A stretch of 63,960 nt of DNA, the filler included, from Chlamydiia bacterium (GTDB taxonomy: Bacteria > Chlamydiota > Chlamydiia > Chlamydiales > FEN-1388), in NCBI GenBank assembly GCA_903848235.1. It is 9 parts of 9 records of this genome, joined end to end, with 100 filler letters (N's around TTAATTAATTAA, not from the genome) between each part and the next. Parts side by side here need not be neighbours in the genome. Positions count along the whole stretch, not along the records: positions 43,648 to 57,645 come from CAINFV010000226.1; positions 57,746 to 60,216 come from CAINFV010000227.1; 7 more parts are not named here. One strand, given 5' to 3'. A program made the translations under genes and the position numbers. The notes beneath the pieces were generated by a model, which worked only from the letters and a program-made list of their open reading frames with translations, was not told the origin of the DNA and ran no database searches. Below, piece by piece: positions 48,732-59,652 of this stretch (the first letter of the stretch is position 1; each line of letters begins with the position of its first letter).

Positions 48732-49783
48732 GTGGTCACCTCGTCGATGGTTTGAAGGATCTTCGTCACAAAAGTCACTGATGACTTTTGCTGATATTCG
48801 CATTTTTGAGTACAAGGCTCAAGCAAACGCTGCACGTGAATGGCGATGCTCTCTGGCGATGCTTCGCTTTCATCGATCACCACTGCTCGCCCTCGTGCTG
48901 CTGCAAGGAGGGCGTTAATCTTCTGATGGTTGTCTTTCGCTTGAGGGTAGGGGATATAGATCGCCAGCTTCTGGCATGCTTCTATCTCTGCAATGGTAGA
49001 TGCTCCTGCGCGTGCGATGACAACGTCAGCAGCGGCGAAGGCATAGTGCATAGCATGCTCATAGGCGTGGACAGAGGCTGTGATATGGTGTTGGTGATAG
49101 TCTGCCGCAATGGCATTGATGTCTGACGCAGCTCCTGCTAGGTGAATAACTGCGGGTGGCGTGGAGAGCGCTGCTAGTGCCTTGGGGACGATGCTATTTA
49201 AGACCTGAGCACCTTGCGACCCCCCGAGGATGAGAACAGTCTGCAGCTGCGGGTCTATAGAAAAATGGCGGCAGCCTTCCTCTTTTGAAAGCTGTGTGCG
49301 CAGGCTTTTTCTGAGGGGGAAGTCTACGTGATATGCAGCGCCCCGTATTTTTGTTGTCGCCTCTTGAAAAAAGCATCCTGTCCACTTGGCAAAAGGCGCA
49401 AACAGGCGTATAGCACGGCCTGGAATAGCATCTGCGGCATAGAGGACAATTGGGATGCGAAGGAGAGATGCGGCGGTGAGGACAGGAAACGCATGATAGC
49501 TTCCAAAGCCAATGACAAGCGATGGGCGCTCCTGCCGTAAGAGGCGGAGGGCCTGAATAGTACCTCGTGCTGTAGAAGTAAAAAAGGAGATTGCTGCTGA
49601 TGGAGGCGCTGCTGTTATATCATGATAGCGCCATATAGAGCGGTCGAGGAAGGCATTCTTCAGTAAGCCAAAAGCCGCAAATGACGTAGTCAACCCTGCC
49701 TGCAAAAGCTCATCTGCTACCACCTGTGCCGGTAGTACATGCCCTCCAGACCCCCCTGCTGCAATGACCACATGCCGAGTCAT
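48716..49783 (-). CDS. murG: Undecaprenyl-PP-MurNAc-pentapeptide GlcNAc transferase
   Basis: GGSGGHVLPA, GGSQGA, RAGASTIAE and HQKINA. Confidence 0.93.
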   Translation of the reverse strand: MTRHVVIAAGGSGGHVLPAQVVADELLQAGLTTSFAAFGLLKNAFLDRSIWRYHDITAAPPSAAISFFTSTARGTIQALRLLRQERPSLVIGFGSYHAFPVLTAASLLRIPIVLYAADAIPGRAIRLFAPFAKWTGCFFQEATTKIRGAAYHVDFPLRKSLRTQLSKEEGCRHFSIDPQLQTVLILGGSQGAQVLNSIVPKALAALSTPPAVIHLAGAASDINAIAADYHQHHITASVHAYEHAMHYAFAAADVVIARAGASTIAEIEACQKLAIYIPYPQAKDNHQKINALLAAARGRAVVIDESEASPESIAIHVQRLLEPCTQKCEYQQKSSVTFVTKILQTIDEVTTCQGR

Positions 49784-50886
49784 GCTGCCTCCACGGGCTT
49801 TTCTTTTGCTGCCATGCTCACTAAAAGTCCCATCGCTGCGCAGTTAGCAACGAGTGATGACCCACCTTGACTGAAAAACGGGAGGTTTAACCCTGTGCTA
49901 GGAAGAAGGCCGGAGACGACGCCAAGATTCATAAATGTCTGAAAGGCGATGAGGAAGAAGATCGCCATCCCCCAGCAAAATGCTTGCGACGCCTGTGTTC
50001 TCCTGACGATCTTCCATATCTCATGGAGCAGCCATATGTATGCACCGATGAGCAGCGTCATCCCGACAAATCCAAATTCTTCTGCAAAGATAGCGGCTAT
50101 ATAGTCATTCTGCGCTTCTGGCAGGTAGCTGAGTTTCTGCATGCTTTTTGCAGGCCCTCTGCCAAACAGCCCTCCAGAGCCTGCGGCGATCTTTGCTTGG
50201 TATGGCTGATGGCCCTTGCCTTTGATATCGGCTTCAGGATGCAGGTAGGTGGCAATACGACGCTGCACATAGCCGCTGCTAGCAGCAAAGATGCCTAATG
50301 CTGCTGCTGCAAGGCAGAGAGGTATCACCCAGAAGCGTGCTGGGATGCCGACGATGATGGTCAGCACTCCTATCATCAAGGCGATGACGCCAGCAGTACC
50401 GTTGTTCGGCTCTAAGACAATAAGGAGGACGGAGAGGCCTGCCATGGCAAGAAGACGTAGATACGAGGTAAACCGCTGGAAGACCGTCACTTCAGTTGCG
50501 CAGGTATAGATGAAAAAAGCAGGGAGGATAATTTTGACAAATTCCGACGGCTGTATGCAGACGCCATGAGTCCCTACCCATCGCCGAGCGCCATTGGCGC
50601 TGACACCTATTCCTGGGATGAAGACAAGAACCAGGAGGATGAGAAGGCCGATATAAAGCGTCTTCGAATGGGTATAAAAAAATTTCCAGCCAAGACGGCA
50701 GGTGATGATAGCCGTTCCGATGCCAGCCGCCCCCCATACCAGCTGTCGGATGAACCCTACAAACTGGCTCTTGCCAAGCGCGAGGTCGACGATCTCCCCT
50801 GATGACGCGTCAAAGATCATCAGGATACCGGTGGTATACAGGAGGAGGACGGGGAAGAACAGAGAGATCACACCTTCTCGATTCAT
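49780..50886 (-). CDS. ftsW: SEDS family protein FtsW
   Basis: NGARRW, IQPSEFVK, LPEAQNDYI, EEFGFVG and LPFFSQGGSS. Confidence 0.92.
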   Translation of the reverse strand: MNREGVISLFFPVLLLYTTGILMIFDASSGEIVDLALGKSQFVGFIRQLVWGAAGIGTAIITCRLGWKFFYTHSKTLYIGLLILLVLVFIPGIGVSANGARRWVGTHGVCIQPSEFVKIILPAFFIYTCATEVTVFQRFTSYLRLLAMAGLSVLLIVLEPNNGTAGVIALMIGVLTIIVGIPARFWVIPLCLAAAALGIFAASSGYVQRRIATYLHPEADIKGKGHQPYQAKIAAGSGGLFGRGPAKSMQKLSYLPEAQNDYIAAIFAEEFGFVGMTLLIGAYIWLLHEIWKIVRRTQASQAFCWGMAIFFLIAFQTFMNLGVVSGLLPSTGLNLPFFSQGGSSLVANCAAMGLLVSMAAKEKPVEAA

Positions 50887-51389
50887 GACGCCTCACGAAT
50901 TCGCAGGCGGCTACCGACTTTGAGGTTACGAGCTTTTGCCTCGTCGAGGTTATTTAACTGCAGCAGCTTTTCGAAGGAAATATGAAATCTCTTTGCTATC
51001 TTCCATGGGTTATCACCTGCCTTGACAACGTAAAACTCATCGGTAGGGACAGCCTCTTTTGCTGTCGCGCTCTTCGTCTGATTTTTCACCGCTTTTTTGA
51101 CTTCTGTCTTCTGTGCTTGCGGTGGCGGTGTCTCTGGTATCTCTTCTGAGATATACTCTTCGAGCAGCTGATCGATCTCGTCGAAGGCCAAAGCGCCCTC
51201 TTCTTGCGGCACATACCTGTCAGAGAGGTCTTTTTCTTCCGTAGCACACTGCTGCTGTGAAGATCCTTTTTCTCGTGGCGGGGCCTCTGGCTTCGACGAT
51301 AGCTGATGTGCTGTTGCTATGACGCCGGCGAGGATGACAATGTTAAATAGCACTGCCAGAATAATGGTGTCTTTTTTGGTGATCGTCAT
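50883..51389 (-). CDS. LysM-domain membrane protein (chlamydial NlpD-like)
   Basis: N-terminal TM; YVVKAGDNPWKIAK...LLQLNNL...LKVG. Confidence 0.88.
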   Translation of the reverse strand: MTITKKDTIILAVLFNIVILAGVIATAHQLSSKPEAPPREKGSSQQQCATEEKDLSDRYVPQEEGALAFDEIDQLLEEYISEEIPETPPPQAQKTEVKKAVKNQTKSATAKEAVPTDEFYVVKAGDNPWKIAKRFHISFEKLLQLNNLDEAKARNLKVGSRLRIREAS

Positions 51390-52735
51390 GGTGTTTTCTC
51401 CAAATCACGAACAGCATGTTGGAACTGCTGTCCTCTATCCTTGTAATCTTGGAACATATCATAACTAGAGCACCCAGGAGAGAGGACGACAGAAGAGTGA
51501 GGAACCGCTGTCTTCTTCGCCTTAGCAACGGCCTCTTGCAAGGTGTCTGCCAGCAGTACGGGTATCTCATCGCCAACATCTGTTGCTATCAGCTCTCGTG
51601 CTTGCCCCATGGCGATGATTGCCTGTACCTTGCCGTGGAAGGCCTTCTTCCAGTAGGCATATGACGCTCCTTTATGAACGCCGCCAGCGATGAGGACCAC
51701 GGGGCCTGGCACTGCCTCTACAGCCGCCGCTGTAGCTGCTATATTCGTCCCCTTACTATCATCGAAGTACTTAACGCCGCTATATTCTCCGATAAATTCA
51801 ATTCGATGGTGCGGCTTTGAAAATGCCTGATAGCTTTCTGCTATCACCTGCGATGAAATGCCAGATTGCATCGCAAGGAACGCTGCGGCAAGGTAATTTT
51901 CAAGATCATGGGATGAGCCGCTCACAAGCCTCTCCGGCAACGTTCCTACCACCTCTCCGTGGAAGATGATATAAGTGCCGTCGGTGGTAAGCGCCCCCTG
52001 TTTTCTTCCGTAGCGAACGACATGGCATTCCGTTGCTACGTCAATTGGCGGGATGTCTTCATGGAGGACGAACAGCCCTTCATTGACAACCAGCTGTGAC
52101 AGCCGTTGTTTTGCCTGGCGATATTCATCCATTGTCTTATGTCTGTCGAGGTGGTTTGGCGTCAGGTTCAGCCAGCAGCCCATGGTAAAAAGCGGCTGAT
52201 ATGTTGTCTCAAGCTGAAAAGAGCTCAGCTCCACGATAAACCACTCTGGCCACAGTGATTTTTGGCGGTTAAACGCTTCCACAAGCGGCCGCCCGATATT
52301 TCCAACAGCTTCACACGTACGTCCTGCATGCTTGAAGATATGGCAGAGCAGCTCGACGACCGTCGTCTTCCCGTTGGTTCCTGTAACAGCTATCATCTTC
52401 GGAGGCTCTTCACGAACGATGCGCAGCGCGAATTCTACCTCGCTGACAATCTCCATTCCTCGTGATCGGCATCTATGAAGGACAGGATGGTCTAGCACGA
52501 TGCCCGGCGATGTCACACACCATGCTGTCTTTGGGACAAGGGTATCGAAGAAAGACAGGTCGCCTCGGCCATCGAGCACTTCGCAGAGGAGATTTTTTTC
52601 CTTCACCCATGTCTTTGCCATCTCAAATTTATCATCGACAACGACAACAGGGATTTTTTTCGCATGGCAGAAGGCGGCTACTGCCTGACCACTTTTGCCA
52701 AGACCTAACGCAACGACAAAAGGAATATCAACCAT
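51386..52735 (-). CDS. murD: UDP-MurNAc-L-Ala-D-Glu ligase
   Basis: LGLGKSG, TGTNGKTT, ELSSFQLE, DDSKGTN and SPGCSSYD. Confidence 0.95.
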   Translation of the reverse strand: MVDIPFVVALGLGKSGQAVAAFCHAKKIPVVVVDDKFEMAKTWVKEKNLLCEVLDGRGDLSFFDTLVPKTAWCVTSPGIVLDHPVLHRCRSRGMEIVSEVEFALRIVREEPPKMIAVTGTNGKTTVVELLCHIFKHAGRTCEAVGNIGRPLVEAFNRQKSLWPEWFIVELSSFQLETTYQPLFTMGCWLNLTPNHLDRHKTMDEYRQAKQRLSQLVVNEGLFVLHEDIPPIDVATECHVVRYGRKQGALTTDGTYIIFHGEVVGTLPERLVSGSSHDLENYLAAAFLAMQSGISSQVIAESYQAFSKPHHRIEFIGEYSGVKYFDDSKGTNIAATAAAVEAVPGPVVLIAGGVHKGASYAYWKKAFHGKVQAIIAMGQARELIATDVGDEIPVLLADTLQEAVAKAKKTAVPHSSVVLSPGCSSYDMFQDYKDRGQQFQHAVRDLEKTP

Positions 52736-52740
52736 AGAAA

Positions 52741-53913
52741 TCACTGCATTTGAAGGGACAAGAAACCGATTACAGCAAGAATCAATCCTACGATCCAAAA
52801 TCGCATTACGACTTTCGCTTCATGAACCCCTGCATATTCAAAATGATGGTGAAGCGGGGTACACAGGAAAATCCGCTTTCCAGATCGTTTAAAAGAGATC
52901 ACCTGAACCATCACCGACAGCGTCTCTACTACAAAGATAGCACCTACAAGGGCCAAGAGCCACTCTCTGTTCAGCAGGACAGCCGCTGTCCCTAACATAC
53001 CGCCGATAGCCAGAGATCCTGTATCTCCCATGAACACCTGTGCAGGGAAAGAGTTAAACCATAAGAAGCCAAGGCAGGCGCCAGCAAGCGCTGACAGAAG
53101 AACGGCAATCTCTCCGCTGGACTGGATGTAGATGATAGAATGGGCTGCTGCGATGTCCTGATGGTTACTCATCATCGCAGTCAGCGCCATGGCAACAGAG
53201 ACCATCAACGCACATCCTGCTGCGAGGCCATCGAGGCCATCGGTGAGGTTCACAGCATTTGCAGCGCCTACTATTGTCAGCCATTGCAGCCCCCATATGA
53301 GAAGCCAGGTGATGCCTGCCGCCATAAAGACGCTCTTGGTGATAAAAGGCAGGAAGACCTGCGCCTGCCACATATTCCATTCTGCCGACGAGCCACCTTC
53401 CAGCAGTTGAGGGGTTGCAAAGCCCGCCATCTGATATATACTTGGAGTAGATAATGCAATGATAATCATCACTGCCCATAGGGTTTGGATGGCAAGGCGC
53501 AGCTTGCCAGAAAGTCCTTTTGAGCTATGACTCTTCAGTTTTGCCCAATCATCGAAAGCGCCGAGCGCTCCAAAAACAACGAGCGTCGCCATAAGGAGTG
53601 GCACAAAGACCGATGACCAGTCTGCCCAGAGGATTGATGAAATAAGCACGGCAAAGATGATAAGAGCTCCCCCCATGGTAGGGGTATTCTTCTTTTTCTT
53701 ATGAAGCTCGCCAAGCAAAAACCCAGCGTCTTCACGAATCGGCTGCCCAACTTTCAGCGATACTAGCAGTCTGATGAACGCGGCCCCAAAGAGAAGCACC
53801 ACGGCCATTGCCGTCCCCGAGGCGAAGATAAGGCGTATCGATGTCTTTGAAAAGGCATCAGGAAGAGAGAATGAGAGAAGCTGACATAGCCAACAGGCTC
53901 CGGAAGAGATCAT
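52741..53913 (-). CDS. mraY: Phospho-MurNAc-pentapeptide transferase
   Basis: TPTMGG, NAVNLTDGLDGL, VFMGDTGS and PLHHHFE. Confidence 0.96.
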   Translation of the reverse strand: MISSGACWLCQLLSFSLPDAFSKTSIRLIFASGTAMAVVLLFGAAFIRLLVSLKVGQPIREDAGFLLGELHKKKKNTPTMGGALIIFAVLISSILWADWSSVFVPLLMATLVVFGALGAFDDWAKLKSHSSKGLSGKLRLAIQTLWAVMIIIALSTPSIYQMAGFATPQLLEGGSSAEWNMWQAQVFLPFITKSVFMAAGITWLLIWGLQWLTIVGAANAVNLTDGLDGLAAGCALMVSVAMALTAMMSNHQDIAAAHSIIYIQSSGEIAVLLSALAGACLGFLWFNSFPAQVFMGDTGSLAIGGMLGTAAVLLNREWLLALVGAIFVVETLSVMVQVISFKRSGKRIFLCTPLHHHFEYAGVHEAKVVMRFWIVGLILAVIGFLSLQMQ

Positions 53914-55262
53914 CGATGAGCACCTTCTGCAAAACTATCTAATACTTTCCATAATTCGTTGGAACGGGACCCTTTCAACAGCACGACGTCTCCTAAAGAG
54001 AGCTCTTTTTTCAGCTGCTCTGTGAGATGCTGGAGAGAGTGTGTCCAAAAGCAAGTACGTCCTGCATCTTTCCACGTTTGTACGATAGGCTCGCATTCTT
54101 TTCCAAGGCAGTACAAGACATCTGCTGTCCCAAGAGCCTTTTCACCAACCCTACGATGGCATTCTTCTGAAAACGCCCTCAGCTCACGCATCTGACCAAG
54201 AACAGCAACACGGCGGGATGGAGCATGCCCTGATAGCATATCAAGCGCTGACATCATAGACATCTCTGATGCGTTGTAAGAGTCATTGATAAACCAAATT
54301 CCCTGATACCGTTTTTTCTCTAAGCGCATTTTTGGAAGTGTCAATAACGGCAGCGCTTCTTCGATAGCATCCCATCCCATTCCTGTTGTTCTAGCCGCTA
54401 CTACTGCTGCGAGCATATTCTCATACACATGGCGTGCTGGGAACATCGGGCAGGGGAGAACCGTCTCCACTCCCCCTTCTCGAATACTGACCGTCCCATC
54501 GCCGATGTCTAAGGACCAGTATGCCCCTGGACAATTTTGAGTAGAAAAAGACCGTTTCTTTCCGCGGCCTATAGAGGCCAAGACATCAGCATGTGGGGTG
54601 TCAGCGTTAAAGAGGTTCCACGTTGTCTTAGAGCTTTCGAAGATCTCCGCTTTTGCACGCGCGATCTGCGCAAGTCCTTCGAACTGTTCGAGATGGACGA
54701 GGGAAACCATGGTGACCAACGCAATGTCAGGAGGCACAATCTCGATGAGCCTTCGTATATTTCCTGCATGAGTCATCCCCATTTCTACTACAAGCCACTT
54801 CTCATCTCCTCGCATTGAATTGATCAAAGAGAGGGGGACGCCAATCTGTGAATTATGATTTGCCGTTGTCGCGCAGACGGAAGTCCCTACCGATAGAATG
54901 GTTTTGACAAACTCCTTCGTCGTTGTCTTGCCGATAGACCCTGTGATAGCGATGACCTTAGCCCCCACCTGACGGACGAGTGTGCGTGCCAGCTCTTGGA
55001 GCGTTTTCAAGGGGTCCTCGACGCGTGCTACTGGAAGAGTTGGCGGGACATGCCCAGAGAAGTCGCTACGGATGACAGCGCCGATTGCTTTTTTCTTTGC
55101 TACTTCCTCGAGGAACTTATGGCCATCGGTGACATCTCCCTGAAGGGCAAAAAAGAGGTCGCCAGGGCGGACTTCTCTGGAATCGACAGCAACTCCTGTC
55201 AATGTCCCTGAGAAATGATGTGAAAAGGGGCCGAGGAGTTTAAGGGCGAGTTGGAAGAGCAT
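53910..55262 (-). CDS. murF: UDP-MurNAc-tripeptide D-Ala-D-Ala ligase
   Basis: DSR, DGH, ITGSIGKTTTKE, EMGM, NDSYNAS and LLKGSR. Confidence 0.95.
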   Translation of the reverse strand: MLFQLALKLLGPFSHHFSGTLTGVAVDSREVRPGDLFFALQGDVTDGHKFLEEVAKKKAIGAVIRSDFSGHVPPTLPVARVEDPLKTLQELARTLVRQVGAKVIAITGSIGKTTTKEFVKTILSVGTSVCATTANHNSQIGVPLSLINSMRGDEKWLVVEMGMTHAGNIRRLIEIVPPDIALVTMVSLVHLEQFEGLAQIARAKAEIFESSKTTWNLFNADTPHADVLASIGRGKKRSFSTQNCPGAYWSLDIGDGTVSIREGGVETVLPCPMFPARHVYENMLAAVVAARTTGMGWDAIEEALPLLTLPKMRLEKKRYQGIWFINDSYNASEMSMMSALDMLSGHAPSRRVAVLGQMRELRAFSEECHRRVGEKALGTADVLYCLGKECEPIVQTWKDAGRTCFWTHSLQHLTEQLKKELSLGDVVLLKGSRSNELWKVLDSFAEGAHR

Positions 55263-55678
55263 AAGTAGCAACCCGGGGTTGATATATCGACAGAGGCTTT
55301 TGCAAAACTGGCGACCGCGTTTTGCAAAAGCCACGACAGTACCACCCTTATACCAGATTGAAAATTACTCGAGAAAGGGAAGCTTCACTCACTCAAGCCT
55401 CAGCCTTAAGGCCGGCCTTCACGAGATGGTATTGCTGTGTGTCCAAAAAAACTTTCTGGAAGAGCAAAAATTTGTTTCGCAACTGGTACGACTGTTAGAC
55501 AACTGCCAAAGATCTTAAAAACACGCCCAGGAGAAAGGCCTGCAATATTTTCATATTCAGAGACTGGAAATCTAAATGATTTTCTTTTCCTGACTTCCAC
55601 AAGAGCTTGGCTATAACGCTGCTGTTCATCTGGAGTTTTTAAGGGCTAGTAACTGCTCGATAAAATATGGACATATCT

Positions 55679-57206
55679 CAGCGATTCCCGCTGATCATTT
55701 CCTCTGAGTGCAAAAATCGCTATTTTTCGTAGACTTTTTCCATCGTTGAAAAATTTCTATGCGATGAGGATTTGTGCCAAAAATATCAGAAAAGGCGCTT
55801 TGTGAGGACACCTTTGTTAAGACCCTCGTTCATGAGTTTTCTAAAATTCACGAGCCGAGACATTTTGCAGGAAACGTTAAAATCTCTCTTCAAGACTGCC
55901 TTTCGGCTGGTTTCGCCATTTTTAGCTTAAAATGGCCTTCTCTTCTCAGATACGAACATGAAAGGAAAGCGCCTAAAACATTAGAGAATCTGAAAAACTT
56001 ATATTATATTAAAAACCCTCCTTCCGATACGTACCTGAGAGAACGTCTGGACGCCCTAGAGCCAAGTAGTCTGAGGCCATGCTTCAAAAAGATTTTCTCC
56101 TTATTACAGCGAAGAAAGGCATTAGAGTCGTTTCAATTTATTGATGGATATTACTTAGTGTCTCTCGACGGCACAGGCCTTTTCTCTTCCAACAATGTGC
56201 ACTGTGCCAATTGCTGCGAAAAACATCATTTTGTTGGAACAACAACCTACTACCATCAAATGTTGGGAGTCGTAATGCTCCACCCAGAGCATCGAGAAGT
56301 TATCCCCCTTTGCCCAGAATGCATCCAAAAACAGGATGGCATTAATAAAAACGACTGTGAGCAACGTGCCTCAAAGCGATTGCTTATGAATCTAAGACGA
56401 GAACATCCTCATTTAAAGATCATGTTGGTTGAGGACGCCTTGTCAGCCAATGCTCCCCACATTCGATTGTTGCAGTCCTTGGGAATGCGGTTCCTAATTG
56501 TAGCCAAGGGTCATTATGAATACCTCAAACAGCAAGAACTACTGACATATGAGTTTCTGGATAAATCCGGCACAAAGCATCAATACCGCTTTATCAACGG
56601 AATACCTCTCAATGGGCTAGCCCCAGACATAAAAGTGAATTACTTTGAGCACACTGAGACTAATGTCAGAGGCAAGAAAAAATATTGCGCATGGATTACC
56701 GATGTAAAAATTTCAAGCGACAATGTGCATCAACTGATGAGAGGAGGCCGATCAAGATGGAAGATTGAAAACGAGACTTTCAATACGCTCAAGAACCAAG
56801 GATATCACTTTGAACATAACTTCGGGCATGGGTATGAAAATTTGTGCTCGATCATGACACTTTTAATGATGCTCGCTTTTCTTATAGATCAAGCTCAATT
56901 ACTGACCTAAGACACGTTTCTGAGGGCCAGAACCAAGGCGAGAACATTTTACGCCCTTTGGGAGGATATGAGGGCGCTTTTTCGATATGTTCGATTATTT
57001 TCATGGGATCAGTTTTTAGAATCAATAGCTCAAGGAGAGATTTTGGACACATCATGAAGTAACAAGATGTCCGATGTTTCTTGAGTAAGCCCGTATCATT
57101 TTGAAAAAACCTAACCTTGTGATTATAGGGGGTAACTTTGTCTTGGTTTTTTTGATCTTAATTTTTATTTTGACGAGTGATTCATTGAACCCAGCGGGAA
57201 TCGCTG
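55679..57206 (+). mobile_element. ISNCY-like insertion sequence, 1528 bp
   Basis: Perfect 15-bp TIRs CAGCGATTCCCGCTG at 55679-55693 and 57192-57206 enclosing a DDE transposase. Confidence 0.9.
55774..57057 (+). pseudogene. DDE transposase with an internal in-frame TAA at 56908-56910
   Basis: SLDGT, NKNDCE, EDAL and RSRWKIENETFNTLKNQGYHFEHNFGHG; the same frame continues after TAA as ...LWEDMRALF...SW...DTS*. Confidence 0.85.
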
Positions 57207-57491
57207 ACATTTGTATAGATTTTTAGAAGCGGCTCCTCTGTCATTTCCAGCGCATCACCCCATTTTCTTGAAACGGGAACCGGCGACATTTGTGCCGGTT
57301 CTGGACGTGCATATTGTTCTGCCATCATTTCATATAAAGAATCTTCTGTCTGAGCAAGCGCCTTGAGAACTACCAATGCTTGAAACTGCGAGCAAATCAT
57401 TTCTCCTTGCAGCGCCATGGTTCGGAAATCAGTTTTTTCCTTTTGTCTAGCAAAAGGCGTAAGCCCAGCCCAATACTGTTGTCACCTGTAT

Positions 57492-57645
57492 ATACCGCTT
57501 CCACTTGAAAGTTGGAGTTTTTTGCCGCGTTAAAGCCTCGATCTTTGATCCATCAAAAAACATCCAATAGTACACTATGGGGTGTTTTTTGATGGTCAAA
57601 TCTCGAGCCTTTTCCGCGACAAAAACCCTCAACTTTCAATTGTCA
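57492..57645 (+). repeat. Palindromic element family B, copy 2 (contig end)
   Basis: Near-identical to 30449-30602. Confidence 0.9.
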
Positions 57646-58065
57646 NNNNNNNNNNNNNNNNNNNNNNNNNNNNNNNNNNNNNNNNNNNNTTAATTAATTA
57701 ANNNNNNNNNNNNNNNNNNNNNNNNNNNNNNNNNNNNNNNNNNNNGGCGCCCCCGACTGCTCTCCAGATAACTCGACTCTGCAGATATAACAAAGTGAAA
57801 AGATGTTCATCGTCAAAACTGTGTTATTTTTGCGTAGTATGTATGCTTGCCCCCTGTAACCAGGCAGGTTTTCGGCCGCTATATCTCATGCAGCAGTGGT
57901 TACAATATTCTAACTGTGTTAACTCAGTACGCACATTGTCAACGTCTGCTTCAACATCAGGACGAAGACCGTCTCACACACCATCTTCAGCCCTAAGAGC
58001 GATAGAAACACTAGGTTTGACGCTTTTAAAAGCTACTGAAGTTTAAAACTCTAAGACTCGAGCTT

Positions 58066-59485
58066 ATGGCCTTGTCTACCTCAAATGTTCTTGAGATGGT
58101 TGGATCCCGGGATAGGATCGTATCTTTCTTCTCTTCACCTTGCCCAGTTATAGGGCGCTCAGTTGCGGCGTTGCTACAACCCTCGATGATTGCGGTGTCA
58201 GAGTTTTGTTCGTTAGACAAGGCTAACCTGCAACAGATTGCGGGCCTATGCCTAGAATTCCATTACGATGTGGCAGAGTGGGCAGTCCTTGCCATGGATA
58301 GAGAACTCATGCTCAACTATTTCTTGGGGAAGGCCAACTCCCAGATTGATGACCCGAGAGCTGAACGGTGGTGCGTGGGGGACAGGGTAGCAGTGTCAGA
58401 GCACGGTGTGGAGGCGATTGAGGGCAGCCAACTTCTTCTCCCGCCCAGCGTGGTATCATTCATTGCACGACAGATGGAGCAGCAGGACCGTCTTGACCAG
58501 GTCTTGGTGGACGCAGTTATCGCGGAGACAGCTACTCAGGAGCCAATAATAGGTCAGGTCGAGCCTACCCCGAAAGCCAAGACTTCCAGCAAGCGCAAGA
58601 AGACGGCCCCTTCAAAAGGCAGCGGCATTGAGAAGTTCCTTCCCCGCAAGCAAGCAGGCGCAGCTGACCAGCCTGTAGAAGCTATCCCGCAACCAGAGGC
58701 GCCAGAGACCATGGAGTTTCCAGACATAGCAGCCTTGCGCATACCAAAGAAAAGAAGGGACGACTCATCCCAGGTAAATTTCCATACTCATACGTTGGCT
58801 TGCATTTTCATCTCACTTATGTCAGGGATAGCGGTGTGCTTTCCCTGACAGGCCTACTTTAAGGAAATTGGTTTCCTGAAAATGCTGTGTGCAAATTTGC
58901 TGTGTGCAGGACTCAAGTGAGGAGGAGTCGTCGTCCGATGAGGAGTTCTCTGCCCAGACATATGCGGTCAATGTGGCCTTGTTCAAGAACAAACTCAAAG
59001 ATAACTTATTTCGGAAAGTGGCGCAGGTCCAGGACGCGATGGAAGAACTAGCCGCCGATGCAGAAAGGGCAGGGCTATCAAAGAAAGAACGGAAAATGTG
59101 GAGGGTACGGTTGACCGAGTTCGAATTTATCGCCGGGGCTCTGGGAGAAAAGGCCATGCAGTACGCCAAAGTGCACTATGCAGGGTCAAGCAAGTTGAAG
59201 CACAAGGCTGCAGAAAGATTGCTAAAGGAGGCTAGGAGCTGCAATAGGACATTCGGCCCAGATGCCCAGTTCTCTGATAATGAGAAGTTTTTTCCTGTAA
59301 AACGTAGGGTCCAGGCATCGTCGACATCGGTTGGAAATATGCCTTGCTATTTGTGTGGAAAGAGTGGACACTTCAAAATTGATTGTCCTCTAAATGGGAA
59401 GCCAATCAGGGCACCAGACAGAATTCGGAAATGTTTTAAGTGTGGAGGGAAGGGCCACTTGGCCAGTGAATGTGCTAAAGCTTGA
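58066..59485 (+). CDS. Gag-like protein with two CCHC zinc knuckles, probably two exons (58066-58773 and 58910-59485)
   Basis: CYLCGKSGHFKIDC and CFKCGGKGHLASEC; CAG|GTAAAT...TGCAG| joins the two ORFs in frame. Confidence 0.7.
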
Positions 59486-59652
59486 GCTGAGTAGCACCGA
59501 TTTTGCGGGTTTTCAGGTGTCGGCATTCGTTGTAAATCCTTAAAGAAAGTAAATTCGCAAAATTTTTTCCTTCTCTACAGCTATTTAATGCTAACTCCCC
59601 CCCCCACACCCTTAAGCTCCATGCGGTTTCGTTTGATGTTAAACATAAATAG

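Noticed and set aside
55679..55693. Families A or B as deletion derivatives of the ISNCY-like IS
   Set aside because: Their termini do not match the IS TIR beyond a 5-bp CCGCT coincidence in family B.
57182..57490. Short minus-strand ORF between the IS and element B
   Set aside because: Probably a gene remnant. It is too short and motif-free to call, and it ends inside the IS.
9521..57645. Palindromic repeats as a CRISPR array or integron attC sites
   Set aside because: The copies are dispersed and about 150 bp long, with no repeat-spacer periodicity. No cas or integrase gene is present and there are no convincing RYYYAAC/GTTRRRY ends.
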